From an uncultured Ignavibacteria bacterium (GTDB lineage Bacteria > Zixibacteria > MSB-5A5 > SM1-73), in assembly GCA_964588305.1 (NCBI GenBank), contig CAZPOP010000004.1, positions 26,470-90,469 on the forward strand: a stretch of DNA of 64,000 nucleotides, in the 5' to 3' direction. Position 1 is the stretch's first letter. Every line of letters starts with the position of its first letter. The notes under the pieces were generated by a model. The model was given only the letters and a program-made list of their open reading frames with translations, searched no databases and was not told the origin of the DNA. Shown here piece by piece: positions 44,315-53,597 of this stretch. Position numbers and translations under genes: made by a program.

Positions 44315-45641
44315 TCTTTTTGGTCTGCCTAAAGGCAGACACTCCAGATTCTTGAGTGAATATTTTGGTTAGAGTTTCCACCAGATCGTATGATCCGATT
44401 CTCACCTTTCGCCCAAGTTGGTTTTCCATATCTCGTGGAGTCATATTATCCAGAAGAAGACCATCTTGATTTATGCAATTCGGCGGAAGAAGAATTAAAT
44501 CTCCCATTTTCCTCTGTTTTCCTAAAGCCTCGATCATATCCACGCCAGTCAAAAGACCTGTAACGGTAACGCTTGATCCGAAGAAATCATTTTTTGCGGC
44601 TACAACTTCGATGTTCAGTCCTGGTATTGTGTTCAGCCTGTCCCTCACAATCTCCCTGATCAGGCTGAAGGCTGATACTCCAGTAATCAGTGTTATGCCT
44701 AACTTTCTGCTTAAGCTTTGAGGTAATAGTCTCTGTCTTGCTTGAAATTGGTCCAAGAATTTCCGCATCATCCCCACGCCGTTTTCTATCTGCTCAAAAT
44801 CATCATAATATTTCTTCTTCGGAATGTCAAGCTCACCCTTTATGAAGAACTCATCCGAAGCGTAGACGAAACCAGCCTTGAACTTTTTCCTGAATGTTTT
44901 TTGCCATCGTTCTACCAGCTTGACAAGGTTTGAAGAATACTTCCTGCCTATTGGTCTTATTCGGGGTAGATTCTGCCTGTGTCGAGTCAGGCCGACCGGC
45001 ACCAATGCCAAAGATTTCACCTGGGGATAAAAGGCGGTCAACTCTGCAACTGACTTTTCCAGGTACTCTCCGTCGTTTACGCCCGGACACAAGACAATCT
45101 GAGTGTGCATTTCTATCCCACCTTTTGCTAATTTTCTGATGATTGGCATCACGTCAGGAATCTTGTGATTTCGCATAAGCTCCTTGCGCAGGTTTTCGTC
45201 GGTGGTGTGAACGGAAACGTAAAGGGGGCTCAGTCTTTGTTCAATGATCCGATCGATGTCCGCATCCGAAGTGTTGGTCAGAGTAATGAAGTTGCCATGT
45301 AAGAACGATAGCCGATAGTCTTCATCTTTGAAATAAAGGGACCTTCTGATTCCCTTGGGAAGCTGATGAACGAAGCAAAAAATACAATTGTTCTTGCAGT
45401 TTTTGTATTTTATCTCGCAAAACTCCAATCCCAAGTCCTGATCAGGTGCCTTTCTCAGTTTTATCTTTTTTGTCTTGCCTTTTTTGTCCTTCAGTTTCAG
45501 GGAGAGGGTAGGCTCAGATGAATAGAATCTGTAATCGATAATGTCATTTATGGGATGCGCGTTTATCTCCAGGAGTTCATCTTCCGGCGAAATGAGATGA
45601 CCAGAGGCAATGCTTCCACTTTGAACGGACTTGATTTTCAT
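44286..45641 (-). CDS. DUF512 Fe-S protein (PDZ plus radical-SAM-like CxxxCxxC)
   Basis: CKNNCIFCFVHQLPKG...LSFLHGNFITLTN. The last ~20 codons run through REP copy D and overlap the next gene. Confidence 0.75.
   Translation of the reverse strand: MKIKSVQSGSIASGHLISPEDELLEINAHPINDIIDYRFYSSEPTLSLKLKDKKGKTKKIKLRKAPDQDLGLEFCEIKYKNCKNNCIFCFVHQLPKGIRRSLYFKDEDYRLSFLHGNFITLTNTSDADIDRIIEQRLSPLYVSVHTTDENLRKELMRNHKIPDVMPIIRKLAKGGIEMHTQIVLCPGVNDGEYLEKSVAELTAFYPQVKSLALVPVGLTRHRQNLPRIRPIGRKYSSNLVKLVERWQKTFRKKFKAGFVYASDEFFIKGELDIPKKKYYDDFEQIENGVGMMRKFLDQFQARQRLLPQSLSRKLGITLITGVSAFSLIREIVRDRLNTIPGLNIEVVAAKNDFFGSSVTVTGLLTGVDMIEALGKQRKMGDLILLPPNCINQDGLLLDNMTPRDMENQLGRKVRIGSYDLVETLTKIFTQESGVSAFRQTKKNANQRAKKR
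44322..44345 (-). repeat. REP-like element copy D (single hairpin, inverted orientation)
   Basis: Minus strand reads GGAGTGTCTGCCTTTAGGCAGACC, compared with GGAGTGTTTGCCTTTAGGCAAACC in copies A and C. Confidence 0.6.
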
Positions 45642-45692
45642 GGTGAAGTGTGCGTGATGTAAGTTGCAGCTGTGCTGGCAAGGAAGACTTGA

Positions 45693-46253
45693 TTATCGTC
45701 TACCCACAGCACCGAGCCGATACAGGTTGAAAAACATCCTCAAATATTGAACGGTGCAATTTAGCACGGTCAGTGTGGCGAGAACCAGAAATACGTCTTT
45801 CACGTAATTGAGGTCAACTAGATAGAAAACGACGGTGAGTGCCCAGACCCAGGAGTTTAGCTTTCCCCAATTGTTGGACACGGGAAATAGATCTTTTCTC
45901 TTCACCAATACAATTGCACCAATAAGCGTCAAGAAGTCCTTGAAAAACAGAAGGCATGCCGCCCAGATGGGAAACCCTCGATGGAAGATTATGAATATTA
46001 CAAAGATTCCCAAGCCCAGCTTGTCGGCTAGGGGATCTAAAAGCTTCCCCAAATCGGTGATCTGGTCAAACTTTCTGGCCAGATAACCATCTAATACGTC
46101 GGAGAAGACTGCGAGTGCGATCAGAAGAACCGCGACGTAGAGACCCGACTGGGTATCTTGAGCCAAAAAGTAAAATATGAAAGGCAATAGTAAAATGCGA
46201 AGAATGCCCAGGAGATTGGGAACTAACAGAAAATCCTTTTTTCTTATGACCAT
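45693..46253 (-). CDS. pgsA: CDP-alcohol phosphatidyltransferase (PgsA-like)
   Basis: DVLDGYLARKF....G..LDPLADK motif. Confidence 0.8.
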   Translation of the reverse strand: MVIRKKDFLLVPNLLGILRILLLPFIFYFLAQDTQSGLYVAVLLIALAVFSDVLDGYLARKFDQITDLGKLLDPLADKLGLGIFVIFIIFHRGFPIWAACLLFFKDFLTLIGAIVLVKRKDLFPVSNNWGKLNSWVWALTVVFYLVDLNYVKDVFLVLATLTVLNCTVQYLRMFFNLYRLGAVGRR

Positions 46254-46353
46254 TGTCTATGCTTAAGGAGCGAAGTTCTTCTCCGTGTTCCTGTGGCGCG
46301 CAACAAGTTGCGCTACTCCAGGTCTTTCTTGCCCGTTTAGCCCACTGGTTCAA

Positions 46354-48072
46354 TCATCCCTGTGACCGGTTGTTTGAGGTTTTAATCATCTCCCTGGCTT
46401 GCTTCAAGGCCAGCTCTCCTATCCTCTCACCTGAGATCATGCGGGCAATTTCTTCCACCCTCTCCCCTTCCTTCAGTTTTTTTATTTTGGTAACCGTTCT
46501 CCCTTTTGAGCTCTCCTTGAATACCTTGAAATGATGGTCTGCCTGAGAGGCAATCTGCTGCAGGTGAGTAATTACGATTACCTGGTGCGAGGAGGCTAAT
46601 TTCTTCAGACTCTTCCCCACTGCAGACGCTACCTCCCCGCCGATTCCCACATCTATTTCGTCAAAAATCATGGTGAAAACCTGATCTGCTTTGGCCAGGA
46701 TCGATTTGAGCGCCAACATTATCCTGGATATCTCCCCGCCGGAGGCAATCTTGGCCAAGGGCTTCAACTCCTCCCCCGGATTTGGAGATACGAAGAACTC
46801 GACCTGATCCATCCCTTTCTCGTCCACCGAATATCTTTTGCCAGCTATTTCAAGCAGACCGTTTTCATCTTCTGCGGATGTGATTTGAACTTCAAACTTG
46901 GTCTTATCCATTCCCAATTCACTCAGGGTGGCCTGAGTCTTTTTGGCCAAATCAGATGCCCTTGCGTTTCTTTCTCGAGAAAGCAAGAGGCATTCCTTTT
47001 TGAGAATGCCCGAAAGCCTTTCAATATCTTCTTTTAATTCACTGACGATTTGATCCTTATCTTCGATCCTATTCAATTCTTCTTTTATCTTCTGTGCGTA
47101 TGCTAGGATTTCATCGATTGAGTTCCCATATTTTTTCTTCAGGGTACCAATCAGGTTCAGCCTCTCCCTTATCGCTTCCAGTTTCTCGGGATCGAACTCG
47201 AGGGAGTCCTTGTAGCTTTCTAAGAATCTTGACAGCTCCTGAAGCTGGATCATGGAGGAATCCAGATTTTCTTTCGTCTCCTTCAATCTTGGATCTAATT
47301 GGGTCCCCCTCTTTATCTCTTTTGAAGCAAGGGACAGTCTCTCCTGTATTGATCCCTCCCCCCCATAAAGATTTTGATAAACAGATGAGGATAACTGGCA
47401 CAGCTCCTCTGTGTTCTCCAATATCCTCTTATCCTGAATTAGCCTCTCCTCTTCCGGCAAAGTCAGATTTGCCCTTTCGATTTCCTTTATCTGAAAGTCA
47501 TAGAGAGTCTTTCTTTCCTGATCCAGTTTCCTGCCTTTCTCCACCTCCCCCAGGCGTTTTTGTTTTTCTTTAAGTGCGTTATAATTCTGAGATACTGAAG
47601 CTAAGGAATGGTTCAGATTACCGAAATCGTCTAAGTATTCTATGTGTCTGGTTACGTTGAGAAGCGACTGGTGCTCATGTTGTCCATGCAGATCGGCCAA
47701 TCTATCTCCGATTAGCTTCAGAGTTCCCAGGGTGATCTGTCTATCGTTGACGAAACCGCGGCTGATCCCTTTGCTCGAGACCTCTCTTCGGATTATCAGG
47801 GTGTTGTTGGGGCAGTTTAGTCCCAGTTGGCTCAGAAAGCTCTCAAAAACGGGATTCGGCTTCGGCTCAAAACTTGCCTCCACCATTGCCGTATCAGAGC
47901 CGCTCCTGATCATGTCCGAGCTTGCCCTCTCTCCCAGTATCAAATTCAGTGCCCCCAGTATGATTGATTTCCCGGCGCCCGTAGCCCCGGTGAGTACATT
48001 CAACCCCGGATAAAACTCCACCTCTAAATCTTCAACCAAAGCGTAATTCCTTATTCGGAGATTTCTTAACAT
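46354..48072 (-). CDS. recN: DNA repair protein RecN
   Basis: Walker A GATGAGKS, long coiled coil, C-terminal SGGE signature and Walker B IFDEID. Confidence 0.93.
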   Translation of the reverse strand: MLRNLRIRNYALVEDLEVEFYPGLNVLTGATGAGKSIILGALNLILGERASSDMIRSGSDTAMVEASFEPKPNPVFESFLSQLGLNCPNNTLIIRREVSSKGISRGFVNDRQITLGTLKLIGDRLADLHGQHEHQSLLNVTRHIEYLDDFGNLNHSLASVSQNYNALKEKQKRLGEVEKGRKLDQERKTLYDFQIKEIERANLTLPEEERLIQDKRILENTEELCQLSSSVYQNLYGGEGSIQERLSLASKEIKRGTQLDPRLKETKENLDSSMIQLQELSRFLESYKDSLEFDPEKLEAIRERLNLIGTLKKKYGNSIDEILAYAQKIKEELNRIEDKDQIVSELKEDIERLSGILKKECLLLSRERNARASDLAKKTQATLSELGMDKTKFEVQITSAEDENGLLEIAGKRYSVDEKGMDQVEFFVSPNPGEELKPLAKIASGGEISRIMLALKSILAKADQVFTMIFDEIDVGIGGEVASAVGKSLKKLASSHQVIVITHLQQIASQADHHFKVFKESSKGRTVTKIKKLKEGERVEEIARMISGERIGELALKQAREMIKTSNNRSQG

Positions 48073-48142
48073 ACGAGGGATTGGCTTCTATTTGAGAAGT
48101 TGCTGAGTCGGAGAATCATGACCTTCGAGCACGCGGGTAGAA

Positions 48143-48190
48143 AAGAACCCGTGAACTTCTGAGTCTTTGAACTCTTGAACCTTTCAACCA
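48143..48190 (-). repeat. Six tandem degenerate octamers; minus strand reads TGGTTGAA AGGTTCAA GAGTTCAA AGACTCAG AAGTTCAC GGGTTCTT
   Basis: Read directly; period 8. Lies between the nadK stop and the recN start. Confidence 0.6.
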
Positions 48191-48193
48191 GAT

Positions 48194-49060
48194 TCATTCC
48201 CCCATCTTCGGTCTGGCGCCCCAATGAAGTTTCCTTCTTAAGATATCGTAGAATGATCTCTGTTTGAATTTGATCAAGTTTACCGAATGTGTGGCTTTGC
48301 GGACCAAGACCGAACTGCCGGATTTCAAGGCGAAAGCCACCTGTCCGTCGATGGTCAGGACGGCTTCCCGTCCAGCGAGCTCAACCACCACCTTCAATTC
48401 TTCGTTTTCAGAGAAGATTATGGGGCGCGAGGCAAGGGTATGAGGGCAGATGGGAGACACGATGATTACGCCTGTCTTCGGATTTATTATCGGGCCCCCC
48501 GCTGCCAGACAATAGGCGGTCGAACCCGTTGGCGTGGAAATTATCAAACCATCTGCGGAGTAGGAACATATGAATTCATCGTTGGCGTAAAGATGCATTT
48601 GGAACAACCGCGCCACTTCACCTTTATCGATAACCACGTCATTTAAGGCATACTGGTCGGATTTTTTCAAGTTCTCCACCTCAGCCTCCAGCACCATCCT
48701 TTTCTCAATCAGAAAGTCCTTCTGCTTCAACCGGTCCAAAGTCTTGTCTAAATCGTTTGAAGTGATCTCCGTCAGAAAACCCAAACCACCCAAGTTTATC
48801 CCCAGGATTGGGGTCTGGTGCTCACCCACCGCTCGAGCAGAGGAAAGCATGGTTCCGTCTCCTCCCAGGGAAACAATCATTTCGCAAAGTTCCCAGAGCT
48901 TTTCTCTGGGAGATAGTCTCTCTCCGTAATCAACCAAATCGGAAAGCTCCTCGTCCAAGAAGAAATCCACTTCATTCTGTTTTGCCCAGCGGACGATATC
49001 CTCCACCACGTGTTTGGTTTGGGGCTTTTTGATGTTGGCGATGATACCGATGCTTTTCAT
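48194..49060 (-). CDS. nadK: NAD+ kinase
   Basis: GGDGTML motif. 288 aa. Confidence 0.9.
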   Translation of the reverse strand: MKSIGIIANIKKPQTKHVVEDIVRWAKQNEVDFFLDEELSDLVDYGERLSPREKLWELCEMIVSLGGDGTMLSSARAVGEHQTPILGINLGGLGFLTEITSNDLDKTLDRLKQKDFLIEKRMVLEAEVENLKKSDQYALNDVVIDKGEVARLFQMHLYANDEFICSYSADGLIISTPTGSTAYCLAAGGPIINPKTGVIIVSPICPHTLASRPIIFSENEELKVVVELAGREAVLTIDGQVAFALKSGSSVLVRKATHSVNLIKFKQRSFYDILRRKLHWGARPKMGE

Positions 49061-49080
49061 TTTGGATTCGAGACGTCAAA

Positions 49081-50985
49081 TTATCGTGGAGATGTAACTA
49101 CTGTTTTGTCAGATTTTGACTGCAAAACGCTTCTTACCGTTTCTGCGATCCCATCTTTGTCCAATCCCAGAATACTCAGAAGCTTCGTTCTAGGCCCGTG
49201 CTCGATGAACTTGTCGGGAATTCCCATTCTTTTGATGAGCACATGGTTCATAGAATGAGCCTCGGCGAATTCCAGGATGGCTGACCCAAAACCAGCCGGA
49301 AGAGCGTTTTCCTCAACGGTAATTATTTTGTCAAATTCCCGTAGAATAGAGAGAAGCATACCCTGGTCCAATGGCCTGGCAAAGCGTGCATTCACCACCT
49401 CCGGATTTATACCGTTTGTCCTGAGCTGCTCAGAAGCCTCCACAGCAGGATAGACCATTGAGCCGATCGCCAGGATGGCCAGGTTCTTCCCTTTCTTTAG
49501 CCTTTCCCAACTGCCGATCTCTATTTGCTTGAAATCATTTTTGGCACGGTCTGGAATCGAACCCCGCGGATATCTGATGGCCACAGGGCCCTTTTGCCAC
49601 TTGACTGCCGTGTACAACATATTCTTCAACTCATTCCCGTCTTTCGGAGCCATCACCACCCAGTTGGGAATCTGACGGAGGTAAGAAAGGTCAAAGGTTC
49701 CATGATGGGTGGGACCGTCCTCCCCCACCAGGCCGGCTCTGTCTATTGCCAAAATCACGGGCAGATTCTGAAGGGCGATATCATGGACTAACTGATCAAA
49801 GGCCCTTTGAAGAAAGGTTGAATAGATTGCAAAGACCGGTTTCAGACCCTGGGATGCCAACCCACAGGCGAACGTGGCCCCATGCTGCTCGGATATCCCT
49901 ACGTCATAGAATCTCTCCCCGAAGAGCTTGGCGAAATCGACCAAGCCAGTTCCCAGAGTCATGGCAGCGGTGATGGAGACGATTTTGTGATCCCGTTGGG
50001 CCAATTTCACCATGGTGCTCCCGAAGACTTCGGTATAGGTCGTTTTCCCGACCTGCCCGTTGGAATTTCCGGTTACCTTGTCAAAAGCCCCAATGCCGTG
50101 AAAACGGGGAGCGTCCTCCTCCGCGAACTTATACCCCTTACCCTTCTTGGTCAGCACGTGAAGTAAGACGGGGCCGTTCAAGGTCTTCATATCCTCCAAA
50201 GTCCTTATCAGGTCAGCTATATCGTGACCATCCAAAGGTCCGAAATATCGGAAGCCCAACTTTTCAAAAAGAATTCCGGGGACAAGGAACCCTTTGATGC
50301 TCTCCTCTACCCTAGCCACCGCCGCTCTGATCTTATCCCTCCTTTTGAACCTCCCCACCATTTCCCAAACTTCCGCTTTCAGCTTATTGTATTTTTCGTC
50401 TGTTAACAGATCAGTTAGATATTTAGACATTGCCCCCACGTTCCTGGAGATGGACATCCTGTTGTCATTTAGGATTACAATGAGATTCTTTCTCATGGCA
50501 CCGGCGTTGTTCAATCCCTCAAAGGATAAGCCGCTGGTCAGGGCTCCGTCGCCCACCACCGCAACGACAGAGAATTTCTCCTTTTTCTGATCTCTGGCAC
50601 AGGCCATGCCTAAAGCTGCCGAAATGGAGGTGGAGGCGTGACCCACATCATAGATGTCATGCTGGCTTTCGGATTTCTTGGGAAAACCACTTATTCCTTC
50701 GTACTTTCTCAAACTCTCGAATCTGTCTTTCCTCCCGGTCAAGAGCTTATGGGCGTAACACTGATGTCCCACATCCCAGATGAGCTTGTCTTTCGGAGAA
50801 TCGAAGACATAATGAAGCGCCAGAGTGAGTTCGACCACTCCCAAGCTAGGGGCCAAGTGCCCACCGTTCTTCGACACCACCGTTATGATCCTCTCCCTAA
50901 TTTCCCCAGCCAACTCTTTCAGATTCTCGACGGGAATTCTTTTCAGGTTCTCTGGAGAGTCTATTTGATCCAACCATCCGCTCAT
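49081..50985 (-). CDS. dxs: 1-deoxy-D-xylulose-5-phosphate synthase
   Basis: 634 aa with GHASTSISAALG and the GDGALTSG ThDP motif. Confidence 0.95.
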   Translation of the reverse strand: MSGWLDQIDSPENLKRIPVENLKELAGEIRERIITVVSKNGGHLAPSLGVVELTLALHYVFDSPKDKLIWDVGHQCYAHKLLTGRKDRFESLRKYEGISGFPKKSESQHDIYDVGHASTSISAALGMACARDQKKEKFSVVAVVGDGALTSGLSFEGLNNAGAMRKNLIVILNDNRMSISRNVGAMSKYLTDLLTDEKYNKLKAEVWEMVGRFKRRDKIRAAVARVEESIKGFLVPGILFEKLGFRYFGPLDGHDIADLIRTLEDMKTLNGPVLLHVLTKKGKGYKFAEEDAPRFHGIGAFDKVTGNSNGQVGKTTYTEVFGSTMVKLAQRDHKIVSITAAMTLGTGLVDFAKLFGERFYDVGISEQHGATFACGLASQGLKPVFAIYSTFLQRAFDQLVHDIALQNLPVILAIDRAGLVGEDGPTHHGTFDLSYLRQIPNWVVMAPKDGNELKNMLYTAVKWQKGPVAIRYPRGSIPDRAKNDFKQIEIGSWERLKKGKNLAILAIGSMVYPAVEASEQLRTNGINPEVVNARFARPLDQGMLLSILREFDKIITVEENALPAGFGSAILEFAEAHSMNHVLIKRMGIPDKFIEHGPRTKLLSILGLDKDGIAETVRSVLQSKSDKTVVTSPR

Positions 50986-51070
50986 TAGATTTCCACCCCA
51001 GCCGAGTGTGGCTGCAATTCTCGGTGAGAACTCTTAGTGCGGCTAACCCAGCAGCCATCAATATTTTTGT

Positions 51071-51934
51071 TCAATTCATTCTATTAATCATATGACCTGT
51101 TAATTCTTTCAGTATCTGTCCATCACCACTGAATACTCTTAGTTCAGCTTCAGCCTCTTCTAAGAGTTTTCTCGCTATTCTCTTGGACTCTCCCACGCCC
51201 AATACCTTTGGGTAAGTCGCTTTTCCTTTGGATGCATCTGCTTTGGTCTTCTTGCCCAACATTTCGGTCTTCCCGGTGGCATCCAGAATGTCGTCCACGA
51301 TCTGAAACGCCAGTCCGAATCTTTCCCCATATGACGTCAGAGCTTTCAGTTTTTTCCCGGTTGCCCCAGCCATGATGGCTCCAGCTCTAATTGAGGCCTT
51401 CATCAAGGCGCCGGTCTTATGGGCGTGAATGAAATTCACTCGGGAGATAGTGACTTTCTTACCCTCTGCCTGCAAGTCGGCAGCTTGTCCTCCGACCATT
51501 CCATAGGTCCCTATTTGGTGAGCTACTTCTGAAACCAGCTTAGGATTTTTGGCTTTGGACAGAAGCTCAAATGCCAGAGCGTGCAAGGCATCACCCGCTA
51601 AGACCGCCATTCCATCTCCGAAGACTTTGTGCGATGTGGGCTTTCCTCTTCTTAGGTCATCATCATCCATACAAGGGAGGTCGTCGTGTATCAAAGAGTA
51701 GGTATGAATCAACTCCAAAGCACAGGCAACCGGCAGAATGGCATTTCCCTTGCCTCCGGCCAATTCAAAGGTGGCAATGGCCAATATGGGGCGAAGCCTC
51801 TTGCCCCCAGCGAAAACGGAATACCGCACAGCCTGGTGAAGAGAAACCGGCGTGTTCTTCACTGACGGAAGATACCCATTAAGAGCTTTCTCGATTATTT
51901 TCCTTTTCCTCTTCAAGTAGTTCTCTAACGTCAT
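51071..51934 (-). CDS. ispA: Polyprenyl (farnesyl/geranylgeranyl) diphosphate synthase
   Basis: LIHDDLPCMDDDDLRRGKPT (FARM) and DDILD (SARM). Confidence 0.88.
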   Translation of the reverse strand: MTLENYLKRKRKIIEKALNGYLPSVKNTPVSLHQAVRYSVFAGGKRLRPILAIATFELAGGKGNAILPVACALELIHTYSLIHDDLPCMDDDDLRRGKPTSHKVFGDGMAVLAGDALHALAFELLSKAKNPKLVSEVAHQIGTYGMVGGQAADLQAEGKKVTISRVNFIHAHKTGALMKASIRAGAIMAGATGKKLKALTSYGERFGLAFQIVDDILDATGKTEMLGKKTKADASKGKATYPKVLGVGESKRIARKLLEEAEAELRVFSGDGQILKELTGHMINRMN

Positions 51935-52022
51935 GTCTCAACCGGATGTTTTGGATTGGTTCTGGGAGCCATCAAGACTCCACTGTGGCTTGAGAATCTC
52001 AAGCGATGGCATTATACCAGCC

Positions 52023-52271
52023 CTATCTGGGGGCGTCTTTTCCTTTTTTCAGTTCCAAAGGCTCAGTCTTATACTTGCCCTCTTGGATCTTGATCAACCT
52101 CTGAACTTTGGCTTCGGCTTTGCCCAATTTCTGAGTTAAGAAAGTAGAAAGATTGACACCTTCCTCAAAGACTTTCAAAGACTCCTCCAAAGATAGTTCG
52201 CCCTCTTCGAGTTTCTGAACTATCTCTTCCAACCTTTTCATCGCCTTTTCAAAGCTCTTTTCCTTGGCCAC
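52023..52271 (-). CDS. xseB: Exodeoxyribonuclease VII small subunit
   Basis: 82 aa with FEKAMKRLEEIVQKLEEGELSLEESL. Confidence 0.85.
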   Translation of the reverse strand: MAKEKSFEKAMKRLEEIVQKLEEGELSLEESLKVFEEGVNLSTFLTQKLGKAEAKVQRLIKIQEGKYKTEPLELKKGKDAPR

Positions 52272-52373
52272 TTTCTTCTCCCATCAAATTCTCTCTGCAC
52301 GACTTCTGTGCCTTGAGGTTGGCATTCCACCGCTTACTGTGCGCGAAGTCGAGCCGTCGCAACACAACTCGAT

Positions 52374-53597
52374 TTACTCTGAATTGACTTGCTCCACTTT
52401 GGATTTGACTTTTCCTTTGAAGAATTTTACCTCTAATCTGTCTTCCTTTTCAAGCAAGACAGCGTCCTTGATTATCTCTAGTTTCGGCAGCTTTCGGGCG
52501 ATGGAGTAACCTCTCTTCAACACGGATAGAGGAGACATAGCCTTGAGTTTTTCGTCGTTTAAAGATAAACTGTTTTTCTGAAATTCAAAGTAGTTTTTTA
52601 TTTTTTCCAGAAGGAATCGAGTGAGATCGTCTACTCTCTGCGATACCTGGCTGACAAGATCCGAGGGTCTTTTCAAACCATAGCTTTGTTGGGCAGCTCT
52701 TAATCGTTGCTTTGAATATTCGATCAAGGAGCTTTGATAGTAGGTCAGCTTCTCGGTACCCGATCTCAATTCCTTCAAGAGTTCCTGCTTGTCTCTTACC
52801 ACCATTTGCGCGGCCGCAGAGGGAGTGGGGGCTCTTAAGTCTGCAACAAAATCGGAGATGGTGAAATCTATCTGGTGTCCCACCGCTGAGATTACGGGAA
52901 TCTTAGAATCATAGATGGCTCTGGCAACTATCTCCTCGTTGAACGCCCACAAGTCCTCCAACGATCCTCCGCCCCTTCCCACTATCAACACGTCGATATT
53001 GGCGAATTGATTGAACTCTGCGATAGCCCGCGCGATTTCCTCTGAGGCGGCCTCGCCTTGAACTCTAACCGAATTCACTATAATTCGTACGCAGGGAAAA
53101 CGGCCTTGAATGATCTCTAGCATATCTTTTATGGCGGCTCCGGTAGGCGAGGTCACCAGTCCGATACTCTCCGGGAATTCTGGAATCGGCTTCTTGTGCT
53201 CTTCGTCGAAGAGTCCTTCTTTCCAAAGCTTCTCTTTCAGCCGCTGGAATTGGATTTCCAATTTGCCTATTCCAGCCGGGATGAGCTTTGTCACATCCAA
53301 CTGGTACTGTCCGTTTCTTTCGTAAACTGAAATGCTTCCTAAGGCGATCACCTGTATTCCGTCCTCGGGTTCGAACCGAAGCCAGTCTCCTCGGAATCTC
53401 CACAGGGTACACTTTATCTGGGCATTCTCGTCTTTCAGGGAGAAATAGCGATGTCCTGATGAATGTAGGGTATAATTAGAGATTTCTCCTTCCACCCAGA
53501 CAGTGGTAAAACTTTCCTCTAATATGCCCTTGATCTCCCGGGTAATCTCAGTGACGCTATAGATCTTTTCCGGTCTTACGGATTCGAATTCGGACAT
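52374..53597 (-). CDS. xseA: Exodeoxyribonuclease VII large subunit
   Basis: N-terminal OB fold (VWVEGEISN), VGRGGGSLEDLW motif. Confidence 0.9.
   Translation of the reverse strand: MSEFESVRPEKIYSVTEITREIKGILEESFTTVWVEGEISNYTLHSSGHRYFSLKDENAQIKCTLWRFRGDWLRFEPEDGIQVIALGSISVYERNGQYQLDVTKLIPAGIGKLEIQFQRLKEKLWKEGLFDEEHKKPIPEFPESIGLVTSPTGAAIKDMLEIIQGRFPCVRIIVNSVRVQGEAASEEIARAIAEFNQFANIDVLIVGRGGGSLEDLWAFNEEIVARAIYDSKIPVISAVGHQIDFTISDFVADLRAPTPSAAAQMVVRDKQELLKELRSGTEKLTYYQSSLIEYSKQRLRAAQQSYGLKRPSDLVSQVSQRVDDLTRFLLEKIKNYFEFQKNSLSLNDEKLKAMSPLSVLKRGYSIARKLPKLEIIKDAVLLEKEDRLEVKFFKGKVKSKVEQVNSE

Noticed and set aside
48073-48193. LexA/SOS box upstream of recN, prompted by the many GTTC/GAAC units.
   Set aside because: The spacing fits neither GAAC-N4-GTTC (Cheo box) nor GTTC-N7-GTTC. 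The units are direct repeats with period 8, and similar arrays occur next to non-SOS genes.
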